64,000 bases of DNA. Origin: a virus (Duplodnaviria; Caudoviricetes). Position 1 is the stretch's first letter. Every line of letters begins with the position of its first letter. The notes under the pieces were generated by a model. It searched no databases and was not told where the DNA came from. It saw only the letters and a list, made by a program, of their open reading frames with translations. The stretch lies in IMG/VR virus record IMGVR_UViG_3300020050_009209, one strand, 5' to 3'. A program made the translations under genes and the position numbers. This document shows, piece after piece, positions 40,746-51,469 of this stretch.

Positions 40746-41246
40746 ATGGGACCTACCTCCCTACAGTGGTGTGCCCAAGTAGTGGGACGAATTCGCCCAT
40801 TCAAGGACATCTTGCGTGCAAACATGCTGCCTCATCGTGTGGACAGTACACTTCACGCAGAGTTCAGTAGTTTCCCTAAGTACTCATATGACGAAAATAA
40901 CGTTTATGCCATTACACATAGATACCTAACAACACTGTGCGGTATCTCCTGTGAAGCGGTACCTACGGAGTCTATCCAACTTGGTATTCCAACCTGCCCC
41001 AAGTGCCTAGAGTCCAAAACCTGGACGTCCGCGATCGTTTTGCCTTACACGCCACCTGAGGTACTCCGTAAGAGAGATCAAAAGGCTCAGCAAGAGCGTC
41101 GTGCTAGGGCAAGGATACCCTCAAGGTACGACCTTGCCCTAGATGGCCCCCAACCAAAAACCTCGATTCTTCCCATCTACCAAGAGCTTGACCCAGAGGA
41201 CCTCTACATGGGACGAGAGTTGAAGCTTCAGGCTAGAAAAGTCTAA
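40746..41246 (+). CDS. hypothetical protein with zinc ribbon
   Basis: H....TLCG....PTCPKC; IPSRYDL. Confidence 0.55.
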   Translation: MGPTSLQWCAQVVGRIRPFKDILRANMLPHRVDSTLHAEFSSFPKYSYDENNVYAITHRYLTTLCGISCEAVPTESIQLGIPTCPKCLESKTWTSAIVLPYTPPEVLRKRDQKAQQERRARARIPSRYDLALDGPQPKTSILPIYQELDPEDLYMGRELKLQARKV

Positions 41247-41702
41247 ACATGAGTAAAGAGACTCTTCACCTATACGTGTCTTCCAACCGAGACGGAATCC
41301 TTTTTTGTCCGGAGATCGAAACCATCGTTCATGATGACACATTTCGTGGTCCTGACTCAAAGCGACGTATCTTTGTGGCTGGAGACCCAAACATCCAATC
41401 CTTGAGTCCTGACCAACTGAACTCCATTGTCGAACTGGCATTCAGGGATCCGAAGATTAGGGAAGGGCGTAGCAAAGCGCGCTTTTATGAGTACGATCCA
41501 GGAATTGACAGTTACCGCAGAGTTCTAACCCATGTCTGGGAAAACTGAATATGAGCCTCAAGAAGAGTAAGCCAGTGAAGCAGCCAGTGAAGCCAATCAC
41601 ACCAGCCGAGGTGGTTGCTCGTCAATCCCGACCTCCTCCTGAGCTTCTTAAGGCCATCAACGACATGCTTGTAGATAGTTCTCTTGTAAGCTACCCTAAG
41701 AG

Positions 41703-42473
41703 ATGAGCTACGACTACGATCGACGGGTGGCAAAAAAGGGCTTTGACCCAGCCGAGTATGACCTTGACGGCCTCCTGAAAGGAGAGTCTGTCACGTTGTA
41801 TCATGGTACAACACGATCCTTTAAGGTGTTCAACCTAGACAAAAGTCGAACCGACCTGGTCAATCAATACTATGGAAGTGGTGTCTTCTTGACGCCCTCC
41901 AAGTTGGTCGCTGAGAAGTACGCGAACGCAAATCGTAACATAGGGTTCGACCCTGAGATCATCGATGACCTCAAGAGAGCCAACCCAAAGGCCGGAGCCT
42001 TCATGCAGAAGCTCTATGACCTAGGGGATGACGCCTGGGAGGAGATTACTCCCGAAGCCCTTGGCGTAGCCCCAGAGGCCCTCTGGGGGGCTGCTCAGAG
42101 TCTTGTTGGGGACGTAGACCCAAATACGATTGCGGACGTCACTCGGTTCATCCTAGGCTCAAAGCTGAAGTCCTCCTTGGGGGATGACGACTCGCTTAGC
42201 CTCTTTAGCCAGAGCACTGGGATGCCAGGGTACATGTACGATAACTTGGACGAGCTAGGAATCGACTCGGCAAACTATAGGCCAAAAGTCTACAAGGTGG
42301 GAGTGAAGGTCGACAAGACCCTGGTTACTCCAAGCAAGTCCCTAGCTAAGTCGGCCAAGTCGAAGGGGTATGACGCTGTCATCTACCACGGGACGGACCT
42401 TGTTGGAGGTGTTCCAGAGGTGGCGGTCTTCAACCCAAAAAATGTTCGAGTCCTAGGGATGGAGCTTGTCTAG
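41703..42473 (+). CDS. ADP-ribosyltransferase-like protein with helical insert
   Basis: LYHGT..F..F; YGSGVFLT....A..YA; GYDAVIY....E.AVF.P. Confidence 0.65.
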   Translation: MSYDYDRRVAKKGFDPAEYDLDGLLKGESVTLYHGTTRSFKVFNLDKSRTDLVNQYYGSGVFLTPSKLVAEKYANANRNIGFDPEIIDDLKRANPKAGAFMQKLYDLGDDAWEEITPEALGVAPEALWGAAQSLVGDVDPNTIADVTRFILGSKLKSSLGDDDSLSLFSQSTGMPGYMYDNLDELGIDSANYRPKVYKVGVKVDKTLVTPSKSLAKSAKSKGYDAVIYHGTDLVGGVPEVAVFNPKNVRVLGMELV

Positions 42474-42491
42474 ACCGGTGTACTAGAGGGC

Positions 42492-43268
42492 ATGATAATT
42501 GGAGCCATCCAACGTGTCCTGTATACGGTTGAAGTAGAGCAAGAGCATGAGCCCAGTGTTGGTAACCAATACCAAGACTTGATGGGGAGTATCTGGCGCA
42601 TTCGAGAGGTTCACCCAACCTCCAGAGCACGTACGATGTTTCGGAACCCTCAACCAACCTTTCCTGTTTGGGATGTCCAGTTTGAGGGGGAGCCCGATGT
42701 AAACCCACACCCTTTAAGGTACTTGGCGGAGCTTGAAGCACTCTACGAGAAACGACCAATCGGCGTTCTCTATCGTGGCTCAGTAACTCCAGATACTACC
42801 CTGGTAAGCCTAAAGCCAATTCTTGGCTTTGGCACCTTGACCAAGAACGACACCAAGTACTCCTGGATGTTTAGAGTCACCCCAAAGGGGGAATACGTGT
42901 TGAGAGTAGGGCCCCTGGTGGCTCACTTCAACGATTTCAAAGGTCCCGTAGCCTTTGAGAGAGAAGGTCAAGCAGAGTTCCCTCGTGACCCAAAACGGAA
43001 CCCTAAGGACCAAAGAGACTTTCTGCCCTACCTGCCCTGGGACCTCGTAACCAACCTACTCAATGAGTTTGACGGTGCGATGACCAGAGGAGAGATGACC
43101 ATCGAACCCGAGTACACCCTACGTGTGAACCACAAGGGGGAGTCGGTACGGGCCATAACGCGGAAGGATGCAATCATAGCCCTTAGAGAGAACGAGGACT
43201 ATGGAGACTCCCGCCTACAGTACAGGGGCACATGGTATAGCTCGTTGGCGTCTACCCCCCCCGCATAG
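42492..43268 (+). CDS. hypothetical protein
   Basis: 258 aa; CGGTGTAC motif 16 nt upstream. Confidence 0.7.
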   Translation: MIIGAIQRVLYTVEVEQEHEPSVGNQYQDLMGSIWRIREVHPTSRARTMFRNPQPTFPVWDVQFEGEPDVNPHPLRYLAELEALYEKRPIGVLYRGSVTPDTTLVSLKPILGFGTLTKNDTKYSWMFRVTPKGEYVLRVGPLVAHFNDFKGPVAFEREGQAEFPRDPKRNPKDQRDFLPYLPWDLVTNLLNEFDGAMTRGEMTIEPEYTLRVNHKGESVRAITRKDAIIALRENEDYGDSRLQYRGTWYSSLASTPPA

Positions 43269-43499
43269 AGCCTCTAGAGTCACCGGCTGCTTCTCTAGTA
43301 GGAGACGTTTGATAGCCGTCTTCGCCCCCAACATGACTCGCCTAGACCTCTTGGGTACAGGCTCAACGTCGTCATTATCCATCCCAAGAAAGTTCGTCGG
43401 TAGTGGCATCCAAAACTCCTGTAAGCGTGTATGTGATGTATACACCAGTCGTGTCTGGTTTGACCTCAAAATATGTCTGAAAATCAAGTATGAGGGTGT

Positions 43500-44280
43500 T
43501 TAGAGCAACCCACAAGTAAGCTCTCCTAGAGGAGAGAGGAGTCAGTCAGAGACCCTCCCTGGGAGAGAGGGGAGAGTTACCATCACACGGACCTTGGGTC
43601 AGCAGCCACTCCTAGGTAGTGACCCCCATGAGAGAGGGAGGGACCCATCATGAGGGTGAGGACCTGGGGAGAGACCCCTCATGACTACCTGGCTAGAGCT
43701 ACCTGGGGTAGTTGTGCACCCAATAGGCTACGGCTTTGGCCAGTACCTCATAGGCTATGGGTGGTGGGTACATGACCAGGATTGTTGCGAGTGTAGTTAG
43801 GTTGAATAGCATTTGCATCTTGAGATCACCTGACCTGAGCCAGAATAACTTGAATGCTCTCATACTAGGTCTTTAGTCATGGGTGTAAGGATGCTGGCCC
43901 TTGTGAGCCTAGGAGAGTGAGAGAGAGGGAGGAACCCCAAGACCCACCATGGAGGAGCGAGGAGTCCTTCTTGGGCCTGCCCCTCTGTCCTTGAGTCTTC
44001 GGTCCTGTAGTCTGAGTCTAGTCTTGGGTTTGATAGTCTTGGCGCAGTCTGAGTCTAGTCTTGGGTCCCCTTAGATAGCCCCTTAGATAGGTCTAGTCTT
44101 CGGTTTGAGTCCCCCAGACCCCCGTATACCAAACCCAGAACAGATCTCTCGCCATTAAAGTCCAGAGACTTTAATTACAACCTTGTTGGTACGGGTTTTG
44201 CCGACGACTACAAGATCCAGGTACCTGTAAGAGTATACGGGAAACTAGCTAGTTACAGCCGACCCGCATAGAGGCCGTTT
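43500..44280. other. long non-coding, repeat-rich region at a convergent junction
   Basis: No ORF >=60 aa; GAGAG tracts; AGTCTGAGTCTAGTCTTGGGT x2; CCCCTTAGATAG x2. Confidence 0.65.
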
Positions 44281-44660
44281 TACCGTGCAATCAAGGCCCT
44301 AACAACTTCGGAGTAGACGCTACAGTAAAGCATGACGTAGGCCTCATAGTCCCCTGGTGTTGTCTCCTTGGGGAAGGCGACTTGAAAGTCCTTCCAGAGG
44401 CTCATGGGACTATCGTCCAATTGAAGTCTGGGTTTCCGTGGGCGAGACTTACATTCTCGGTTGCCCGCTCTGTAGCCCAACGAATAATGTTCATCATGCA
44501 ACCCACATCGATAGGTTGAGTCACTTCTTGAATCCAGCCTTCCCTTGTTCCCGTTGCCGTCGAAGCTCCTCACGTTTCTTTTCTCGGATACGGGGGGCAA
44601 GGAATATATCACCCTTGTCGGTGAGTACGGGTGTTTGAGAGTTGTAAGTCTTCGGCTCTT

Positions 44661-44801
44661 TCACTCGGCAGCCCCCTCACGGAGGGCGTTGAGGCGGTCC
44701 TTTCGGATGCAGTTGCGGTTGTGCTTGCGGTCAGCACGACGACGGGTCTTGCAGCCATCGCTGTTGTGGTTGGCCTTGGCGATCTTCTTCCAGGTGTTCA
44801 T
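44661..44801 (-). CDS. 46-aa basic peptide (absent from ORF track)
   Basis: MNTWKKIAKANH...; class I motif 13 nt upstream. Confidence 0.6.
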   Translation of the reverse strand: MNTWKKIAKANHNSDGCKTRRRADRKHNRNCIRKDRLNALREGAAE

Positions 44802-46945
44802 GTTGATACCTACGTAGGATTGGAGAGAGAGCTTAACCTGAAATCAACTCTTTGAAAGAAGGTTGTAGGTGGAAGCACCCCAGGACTGTACCACTCTCAG
44901 TGAGGTACCCATGCTTCTCTAGGAAGTGGGCGTCCTTCATCTGGGGCCATCCTACGTAGTGGGCCTCACCTGGACGTCGGAACTCCTGCTCAGCGAGGGA
45001 GAGGATAAGCCCAGAGATCTTGATAGCTTGTAGCCGGTCTTGGTGGGAGCCGCCCGTCTTAGGGGTAGCTCCTGCCTTACCGGGTCTATTTTTTCTTGCG
45101 GGCATTTGGCTTCTTGACTTGGGGGATGGTCTGAATGCGAACGTACCGCTTCTTATCTCCATCCCAGTAGTGCTGAGCGTTCTTGGTTTCTTCTTCGGAG
45201 GGGATGCGGTAGGTGACCTCTCCTCCATGGGTGTGACCAAGGTTGCAGACCTGAATAGGAGTGCGGTCCTTGACGAAGGTCTCCAGGATTTCGGGAGGAA
45301 TGACCCCTACCGCATCGCAGTTGGTGTCATCAACCGAGTTGGTCCAACTGAACTTCGCCTTGCAGATGGAGCATGTAAGCTTTCCGTACCACATGTCGTA
45401 GGGTTCGGGAAACGTGCTGTAGTGACCGTTTTCGCAGATTGCCTGCACATAGCCTTCGTAGCTCATTTGCGTTTGCTCTTCTTCTCGGGGGCGCTGGGGA
45501 GGGAGTAGGGGTTGTAGCCCTTGGCTCTAAGCTCTAGGATGCGAGCAGGAAGCTCAGCCACCTTGTAGGTTGTAGGCTGGGGTGCAGACAGGGACTCAAG
45601 AAACTCATGAGGGTAGAGCCAGGTTTGAGATGCCTCACACCAGTAGGTGAAGCGGCCCTCTGAGTCGTCTTGAACCAAGTGAAAAGTTCGGTAGGGGTTA
45701 GGCTTCTTCATGTTAGTGCCGTGCTGCATCACCTCGTGTTATCCGCCAGTACACCAGAGCTGCAAGGTGCTTAGTACTCCAGACTGACGTGAACCTCAGG
45801 TGTAGCCATCTGGCAAACCGTTCGAGATCACTTCTAGGGATCCTCCGCAGGTGATGACGTCGAATTTTCATGTGCGTCAACAACGGCAGCACGTTTAGCT
45901 CTCAGGAGTCGAAGAACTTCTTCTGACTCTACCACTTGGCGACGAGCAGCTTCGAGCGTAGCTTCCTCATCTCGGATGTCAGCGTCAATGATTCGAAGCC
46001 ATCCGAGGGATGCGGGGTCATGAGGCACCCTGTGCTCATGTACGCGAATACTCCTCCAGTATGCTATCGTGTCCTCACTAAAGCTGGGCATCGCACTCCA
46101 CCTCTTCTTGAGAGACCACTCGGTCCGCCTGAGCCATTCCACGACCCACCTGGTAAGCTTGGAAGGAGGTCTTGCAGAGGTAGAGGGTACCAAGCCCATC
46201 GTCTCCACCCACGTACCAGGTGGTACCATCCTTCAGCGTGACCTTGCTCTCTGTCTTCATACCTGTACCTACGAAAGGGGCAGGTAGCTCCTTAACTAGA
46301 ATTCTCAGACAGCTTGATCAGGTGAAGGCATCGAAGGCAGGTAACCTTCCGCAAGTTCTCGGACAGCTTCCAGTCGTTCGTCTTTCGCTTCTGGGTGCAA
46401 GCGGGGAACCCTGCGAGTAGGCGTGTGAGCTTCGTCCCACTGGTCCAGCGTAGGCCTCCACTGTAGTGAACCCGTGTAAGAGCCTCCTTCGGGATTACCT
46501 TAGGCGTTTCGAGGTTCAGCAGGGCCTCTACGGCATTGTAGTGGGCCTCCCTAGCCAGGATCAGGCGTTGGTCGGCTTGTAGCCACGCACTTGAATCTGG
46601 GTGGTGACAAGTAAGCTCTTCCAGCTTACTCGCAGTATGGAATTCCTTTGCGGCCTTTACCACGGCCAGAGTAGCTGCTTTGAGTTTAGTCATTCAAACC
46701 CGTACGAAGGTTGTGGCCTCTTTGGTGACCTTGAGGGCGTGTCTACAGTAGGCGATGTCCTGCCCTTGAAGGGTGTCGATACACCTCTGACAGGGTTGAA
46801 GGTAAACCGAGCAACCCATGAGGGACGTGGACGGTGTTGCAGTCAAGTAGTTGAGAAGGCTCATGCGTGCCATCTCACTAGGAGCGTACAGCTCTTGAGC
46901 CATACGTATCGTAGCTAGGGTAGCGGACTTGAGTCGGTTCATGCT

Positions 46946-47116
46946 TCAATCCACAATGTTCGACCACTCCTCTTGGGAGGGGAAAGCCTCATCATTGTCC
47001 CCGAACATAAGTGCCCGATTGTACTCACCAATCTCGGAGGAGTCCAACCCCTGGTAGGTGGAGCGGCCACTCTTACGGTTTTCAGCAATCACGGCCTTGA
47101 TGTGTTCGAGCGTCAT
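46946..47116 (-). CDS. 56-aa protein (absent from ORF track)
   Basis: MTLEHIKAVIAENR...; ATTAA-N18-CGTAGG 13 nt upstream. Confidence 0.6.
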   Translation of the reverse strand: MTLEHIKAVIAENRKSGRSTYQGLDSSEIGEYNRALMFGDNDEAFPSQEEWSNIVD

Positions 47117-47720
47117 GCTCTCTCCTACGGAGGGGAGGCTTGCGGGTTTAATCTCTTTATGATATACACCAAGGGTAGGTACGAGAGATCAGATAAGAAC
47201 AACCTTTCGCAGTTCGGTTCTCGGGTCAGCTTCCCTCACCCTTCGGGGTTAAACAAGCAAAGAGACCATAGTAACTTTCCGATTGGACGCTCCCACTCAA
47301 GTCTCAAAGCCCTCCCTCTCCTGACAACTTCATACGCTCTTCAAGGTAGCATCGGGTAGAACTTCCGATGTTTCGTCGTGTCTGAGGTTTTCTTCTCGGA
47401 TAGAACGACACTCAGAGCAGCACTTACAGCCGTAGTGGAGGCAGAGGTTGCACTCGTCACAGCGATGGGGTTGCTCTCCAGCGATGTATTCTTGGGTAGT
47501 CATCTTACAGGCAAAACTCTGCGTACGCCTGGTCAATGAGAGTGCACCATTCCTCGGGGCACTCGGCGGACATCTTTACAGAACCAAGCTGCGAGCTGAG
47601 TGTCCGTACCTCAGCTTCAGGACACAGCTCTCGGATCCTGGCTGCGAGAGCATCCACGTCCTCGGGGCCTGCATCCTCCCCAAGGTAGATGGGGTCACTG
47701 GAGATCGTGATGGTCTTCAT

Positions 47721-47791
47721 GTTGAACCCTACGAAGGGGTACGCTCACGATTTAACTTAAATCTCTCACCCTTCCTGACGTAAGGTAGGAC
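47721..47791. promoter_or_regulatory. back-to-back divergent class I promoters sharing one base
   Basis: TTAACTTAA centred on 47756; CGTAGG to ATG 47720 (-) and CGTAAG to ATG 47792 (+), both N18 and +13. Confidence 0.8.
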
Positions 47792-48298
47792 ATGACCCTC
47801 AGTCTTACCACCAGTATGAGCACACGTCCCACCCACACGATCGCTAGGACTAACTCCTCGGTCCACATCACAACTCCACGTAACTCCGAGGTTCTTGGGC
47901 TTATTGGGGGTGGTCTCGTACACGAGGGGTTAGCACTGACCAATGACGAGGTGAGGGCCCTTCGGAAACTCTACGGGTACGACGAACCTCGGAAGCGTCC
48001 GCGCTTGTCTGAGGAGGAGGAGCCTTCTTACGAGGTTCGCGAACAGATTCGAAAGGAGGACCAGACTCAAAAGGCGGTCGACTTTCACCAGGCGGGGGCA
48101 GACCGTAACCTCATCCGACACGCCCAGCTTGATGGGTTGCGGCTAGTTGCCTGGCTGGCCAAGTACGTAGACAAGGATGAGGACCCTCTCGCCTTCCTTG
48201 TCAGTGTAATGGCAGACAGCGGGATGGACGTGGACATCGAAGACATCGAGTGGGTTCACGGTACAGCTGACGACCCCCCTGACTTTGACCCACGATAA
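47792..48298 (+). CDS. hypothetical protein
   Basis: Class I motif upstream. Confidence 0.7.
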   Translation: MTLSLTTSMSTRPTHTIARTNSSVHITTPRNSEVLGLIGGGLVHEGLALTNDEVRALRKLYGYDEPRKRPRLSEEEEPSYEVREQIRKEDQTQKAVDFHQAGADRNLIRHAQLDGLRLVAWLAKYVDKDEDPLAFLVSVMADSGMDVDIEDIEWVHGTADDPPDFDPR

Positions 48299-48489
48299 AG
48301 GTGGAACTATGGGAAATCAATCAACATTAGCAAGCGTTCCAGTCCAGATTGTGGAGGAGAGGGTGGAGCGGTATGGCTAGACTCAAAAAGCTCCAGCTGT
48401 ACCTCAATCTCACCAAGGGGCGGTAGTTGTGTCATCCTCCGGGCCCCAATCTAGTTAACTCCTCCCTCTTCATCTCCGTAGGTACAGGT

Positions 48490-48765
48490 ATGAAGTTCAA
48501 GAAGGTAGCTCCTGCGATTCACCTCTCTTCTACCCCGGTCACCTACCGTGACATCTACGGGGGAGTTCATACCTCCCAGGTGACTCTGCGCATTGATGCG
48601 CGGACCAAGGGTCGGATTCGGGTGGACCGGGCATCCTTCGGGATGTGGGAAGCCATTGACAACAACTGGCTTGGGTGTAAGACCCTCGTAGCTGCGCGTA
48701 AGATCGCAGAAGACTGGGCTACCCGAGCCAACGCCCAAGCTACCCTCAGCCCGCTTGAGTCATAG
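48490..48765 (+). CDS. hypothetical protein
   Basis: Class I motif upstream. Confidence 0.7.
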   Translation: MKFKKVAPAIHLSSTPVTYRDIYGGVHTSQVTLRIDARTKGRIRVDRASFGMWEAIDNNWLGCKTLVAARKIAEDWATRANAQATLSPLES

Positions 48766-48807
48766 ATTCAGGTTAAACCTTCTAACCTCCAAGACGTAGT
48801 ACTCTCC

Positions 48808-49128
48808 ATGACCACCAGCTACCCCTCAAAGACCACTGAACTCACGGTTCTGCGAAAGTTTCCGTCCGCATTTACCTGGGGACGGATCGTGGCCTTCCAT
48901 GATCTGGGTCCCTACACGATCGCAGAGTTCCGCCATATCTCCTACACTGGGGGAAGAGAAACCAAGCATCTGGACGTCACGGAGTACCATGTGTGGGTGG
49001 ACGGTAAGAGCACTCACTCGGGAGCTAAGACCCTGGAGGAAGCCATCCTGCTTGGGATTGGCATCCGCAACCTGGGTGCAAACAGTGGCCCCCACATGGC
49101 ACGAGCTGCCTTCAAGATCCTTCAGTGA
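48808..49128 (+). CDS. hypothetical protein
   Basis: Class I motif upstream. Confidence 0.7.
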   Translation: MTTSYPSKTTELTVLRKFPSAFTWGRIVAFHDLGPYTIAEFRHISYTGGRETKHLDVTEYHVWVDGKSTHSGAKTLEEAILLGIGIRNLGANSGPHMARAAFKILQ

Positions 49129-50408
49129 CCCCCTACCAAAGGGTTTGCGAGCTGCACTTCAAGTTTCTTGAAGACGTTTACGCCCTTCTCATCACGGATG
49201 CGGGAGCAGACCCAGACTCCAAGCAAACCTTTATGAGGTACATGCTGGATCCTACGGGGAACCAGATAAAGGAGTACCGCTTCAAAGGGGCGTTTAGAGG
49301 CGGTGGTAAGCTCTGGATGGACAACAGTAAGTTCTGGATGGGTAACTCCCCCTACTGGGTCTCCTGCTACCCCGAGCACTATGCAGAGCTTGGTGCTCGT
49401 GTGGTCTACCTCAACGAAAAGATTGAGGCCCTCTACCTAACGTACGCAACCAAGAGCCGAGAGCTAGTCCCATGAACAAAGCACGTCGTAGACTCGCCCG
49501 AGCACGTAGGTACCGAGACCGGGCTTACATCCCCTTCCCTTGGTACTCTGGGTACATGAGTCGAATAAACCCAGAGTTCCCAACGAAGACAGATGAGCAG
49601 GTGGGGCTCTTATTGGACCCCCAACCCGCTACACCTTCGAGCTAGTGTGGGAGTCCTGGGAAGGCGAGCAAGACCTCCGCTCTGCTCTCCTTGCATCGAT
49701 AAAGTCCTCGGAGGTAGCCACCAAGCCAGTTCTGAGGCTCATAGAGCAGAAGAAAGTAAAGCCATGAATACACTTCAAGAGCAACTTGCCCACCTACGCT
49801 CATTGAAGGACGGGTGGGATGATGACCCCAGGGAGCGAGAACCCGCTCCAGCACCTACCCCAAAGGTCATCGAGGATGCTGAGCGGGTAGCTCTAGCCCT
49901 TGAGGCCTCAGGCTTCACGGATGTCACGCTCAGTGCTGACGTCATGGGTGGCGTTTGGCTGGGTGTGAGCCGAGGGTGGATTATCTTCCGCAACAAAGGC
50001 ACGAGAATTGCCTTGGGTAAGGGGTTCTGAGGGGCTCGAAAGAATCTGGTTAAAGGTTGACCCCGAGGTTACGTAGGATAGAATGAGGGTGAGACGAAGA
50101 GAACCTCTTCAATCTGCCCAACCTCCTCAGCTGGACCTAATCAACCTAGCTGAAAGCACTCGACGAGATGAGGGAGAAGTGATTACCTCTCTTGGCAAGC
50201 TTGGCGTAACCTTCTGGCGTAACCCGGAAAAGCTAGGCAGAAAAGCCCCTACGTGTTGGCCTAATATAGGCTCTCTAGGTTCTCTCGGGTGTGAGTTTGG
50301 GCAGACTTAAGAGGCTCTCGGAAGAGACCCAAAGAAAAAACGTAGAAGACGCAAAATAAGTTAAGAGTGATGAAGCTCTTGGCGTAATGAGAATCAAGGA
50401 GACTGAAA

Positions 50409-50861
50409 ATGACGATGACGAAGGATGAGCTGCTTGCGGGTATCGAGAAGAAGGTTGCCGACCTGGCCGTGATTGCGGCCACGAAGGCTCGGGTGGAGGG
50501 GCAGGAGAAGGCCCTCATTGCTGAGCTGCTTGCGGCTCACGGAAAGGGACCCCACATGGTGGGGGGTAAGCCCAAGTTCATCTTCACCAGCAAGACAGGG
50601 ACCGTGTACATCTCGGACCCTCGCGGTACCGCGAAGGGCGTCAAGCGAGGCCCCCGTAAGGGCAAGTCGGTTCCCCCGGCGGCTGCTGCCGAGGTTACCG
50701 CTCCGGTTACCTCCCCTGAGGAGGAGGCTCCTGAGGAGACTGAGGAGGAGGCTCCTGAGTCGGGGGGCTTCACGGCTGAGCAGCTGGCGGACAAGCCGGA
50801 GGATGCCTTTGAGGGCTCGGAGGAGGATGAGGACCCTCTCGCTGGACTGGACCTCGACTGA
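50409..50861 (+). CDS. protein with basic N-terminal half and acidic tail
   Basis: AAGGAG SD; class I motif at 50360; hairpin after the stop. Confidence 0.75.
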   Translation: MTMTKDELLAGIEKKVADLAVIAATKARVEGQEKALIAELLAAHGKGPHMVGGKPKFIFTSKTGTVYISDPRGTAKGVKRGPRKGKSVPPAAAAEVTAPVTSPEEEAPEETEEEAPESGGFTAEQLADKPEDAFEGSEEDEDPLAGLDLD

Positions 50862-50872
50862 GATGATGGCTG

Positions 50873-50902
50873 GGTAGGAGAGCTGTAACGCTCTCCTACC
50901 TT
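50873..50902 (+). terminator. hairpin after acidic protein gene
   Basis: GGTAGGAGAGC-tgtaac-GCTCTCCTACC-tt. Confidence 0.55.
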
Positions 50903-50903
50903 C

Positions 50904-51010
50904 CTTAGAGGGTAGGAGACTGAGCACACTGCATGGTGACCTAGGAGAGCTAGGTACGGCTTGTTGTGTGGCCTGTGAAACACGGTGTGCTCATTCTCCT
51001 GCCCTCTAAG
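50904..51010 (+). ncRNA. structured RNA motif, copy 1
   Basis: ~27-bp closing stem and 3-way junction; covaries with copy 2. Confidence 0.75.
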
Positions 51011-51029
51011 ACACGACTAATCAACACCT

Positions 51030-51112
51030 GCCGAATCGCGAGGCCGCAAGGCCGTAAGGGCGACCCTCAGATGGCCAAGAGGGGACCAGGTTCAAGCCCT
51101 GGATTCGGCGCC
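51030..51112 (+). ncRNA. non-canonical tRNA-like element
   Basis: Acceptor GCCGAAT/ATTCGGC; T-arm CCAGG-TTCAAGC-CCTGG; CCCTC/GAGGG stem with 10-nt loop. Confidence 0.65.
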
Positions 51113-51123
51113 TCAGGAGCAAA

Positions 51124-51342
51124 ATGCTGTATCTGCTGGAACGTAAGACTAAGGTGATGTACGACCAAACTACGGCTATGGTCATACGCGCAAAAAGCTA
51201 CAAAGACGCTAGAGCAGAGGCTGCATTACAAGCGACGGATGAAGGCCCCTCTGTGTGGCTGGACCCCCACCTCTCTACTTGCCTTAAAATAGCAACAGCA
51301 GGTGTACGTCAGTGTATTCTCGGCTCCTTTAGAGCTGGGTAA
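51124..51342 (+). CDS. small hypothetical protein
   Basis: AGGAG SD; 72 aa between RNA elements. Confidence 0.7.
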   Translation: MLYLLERKTKVMYDQTTAMVIRAKSYKDARAEAALQATDEGPSVWLDPHLSTCLKIATAGVRQCILGSFRAG

Positions 51343-51343
51343 C

Positions 51344-51455
51344 CCTCAGGGGTAAAAGACTGAGCCTATTGCATGGTGTCCTGGGAGACCCAGGGACGGC
51401 GTAAGTATTCTCCGCTCATGAAACACAATAGGCTCGTTCTTTTGCCCCTCTGAGG
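51344..51455 (+). ncRNA. structured RNA motif, copy 2
   Basis: Same core and fold as 50904-51010 with compensatory substitutions. Confidence 0.75.
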
Positions 51456-51469
51456 CCCCAATGCTCTGC

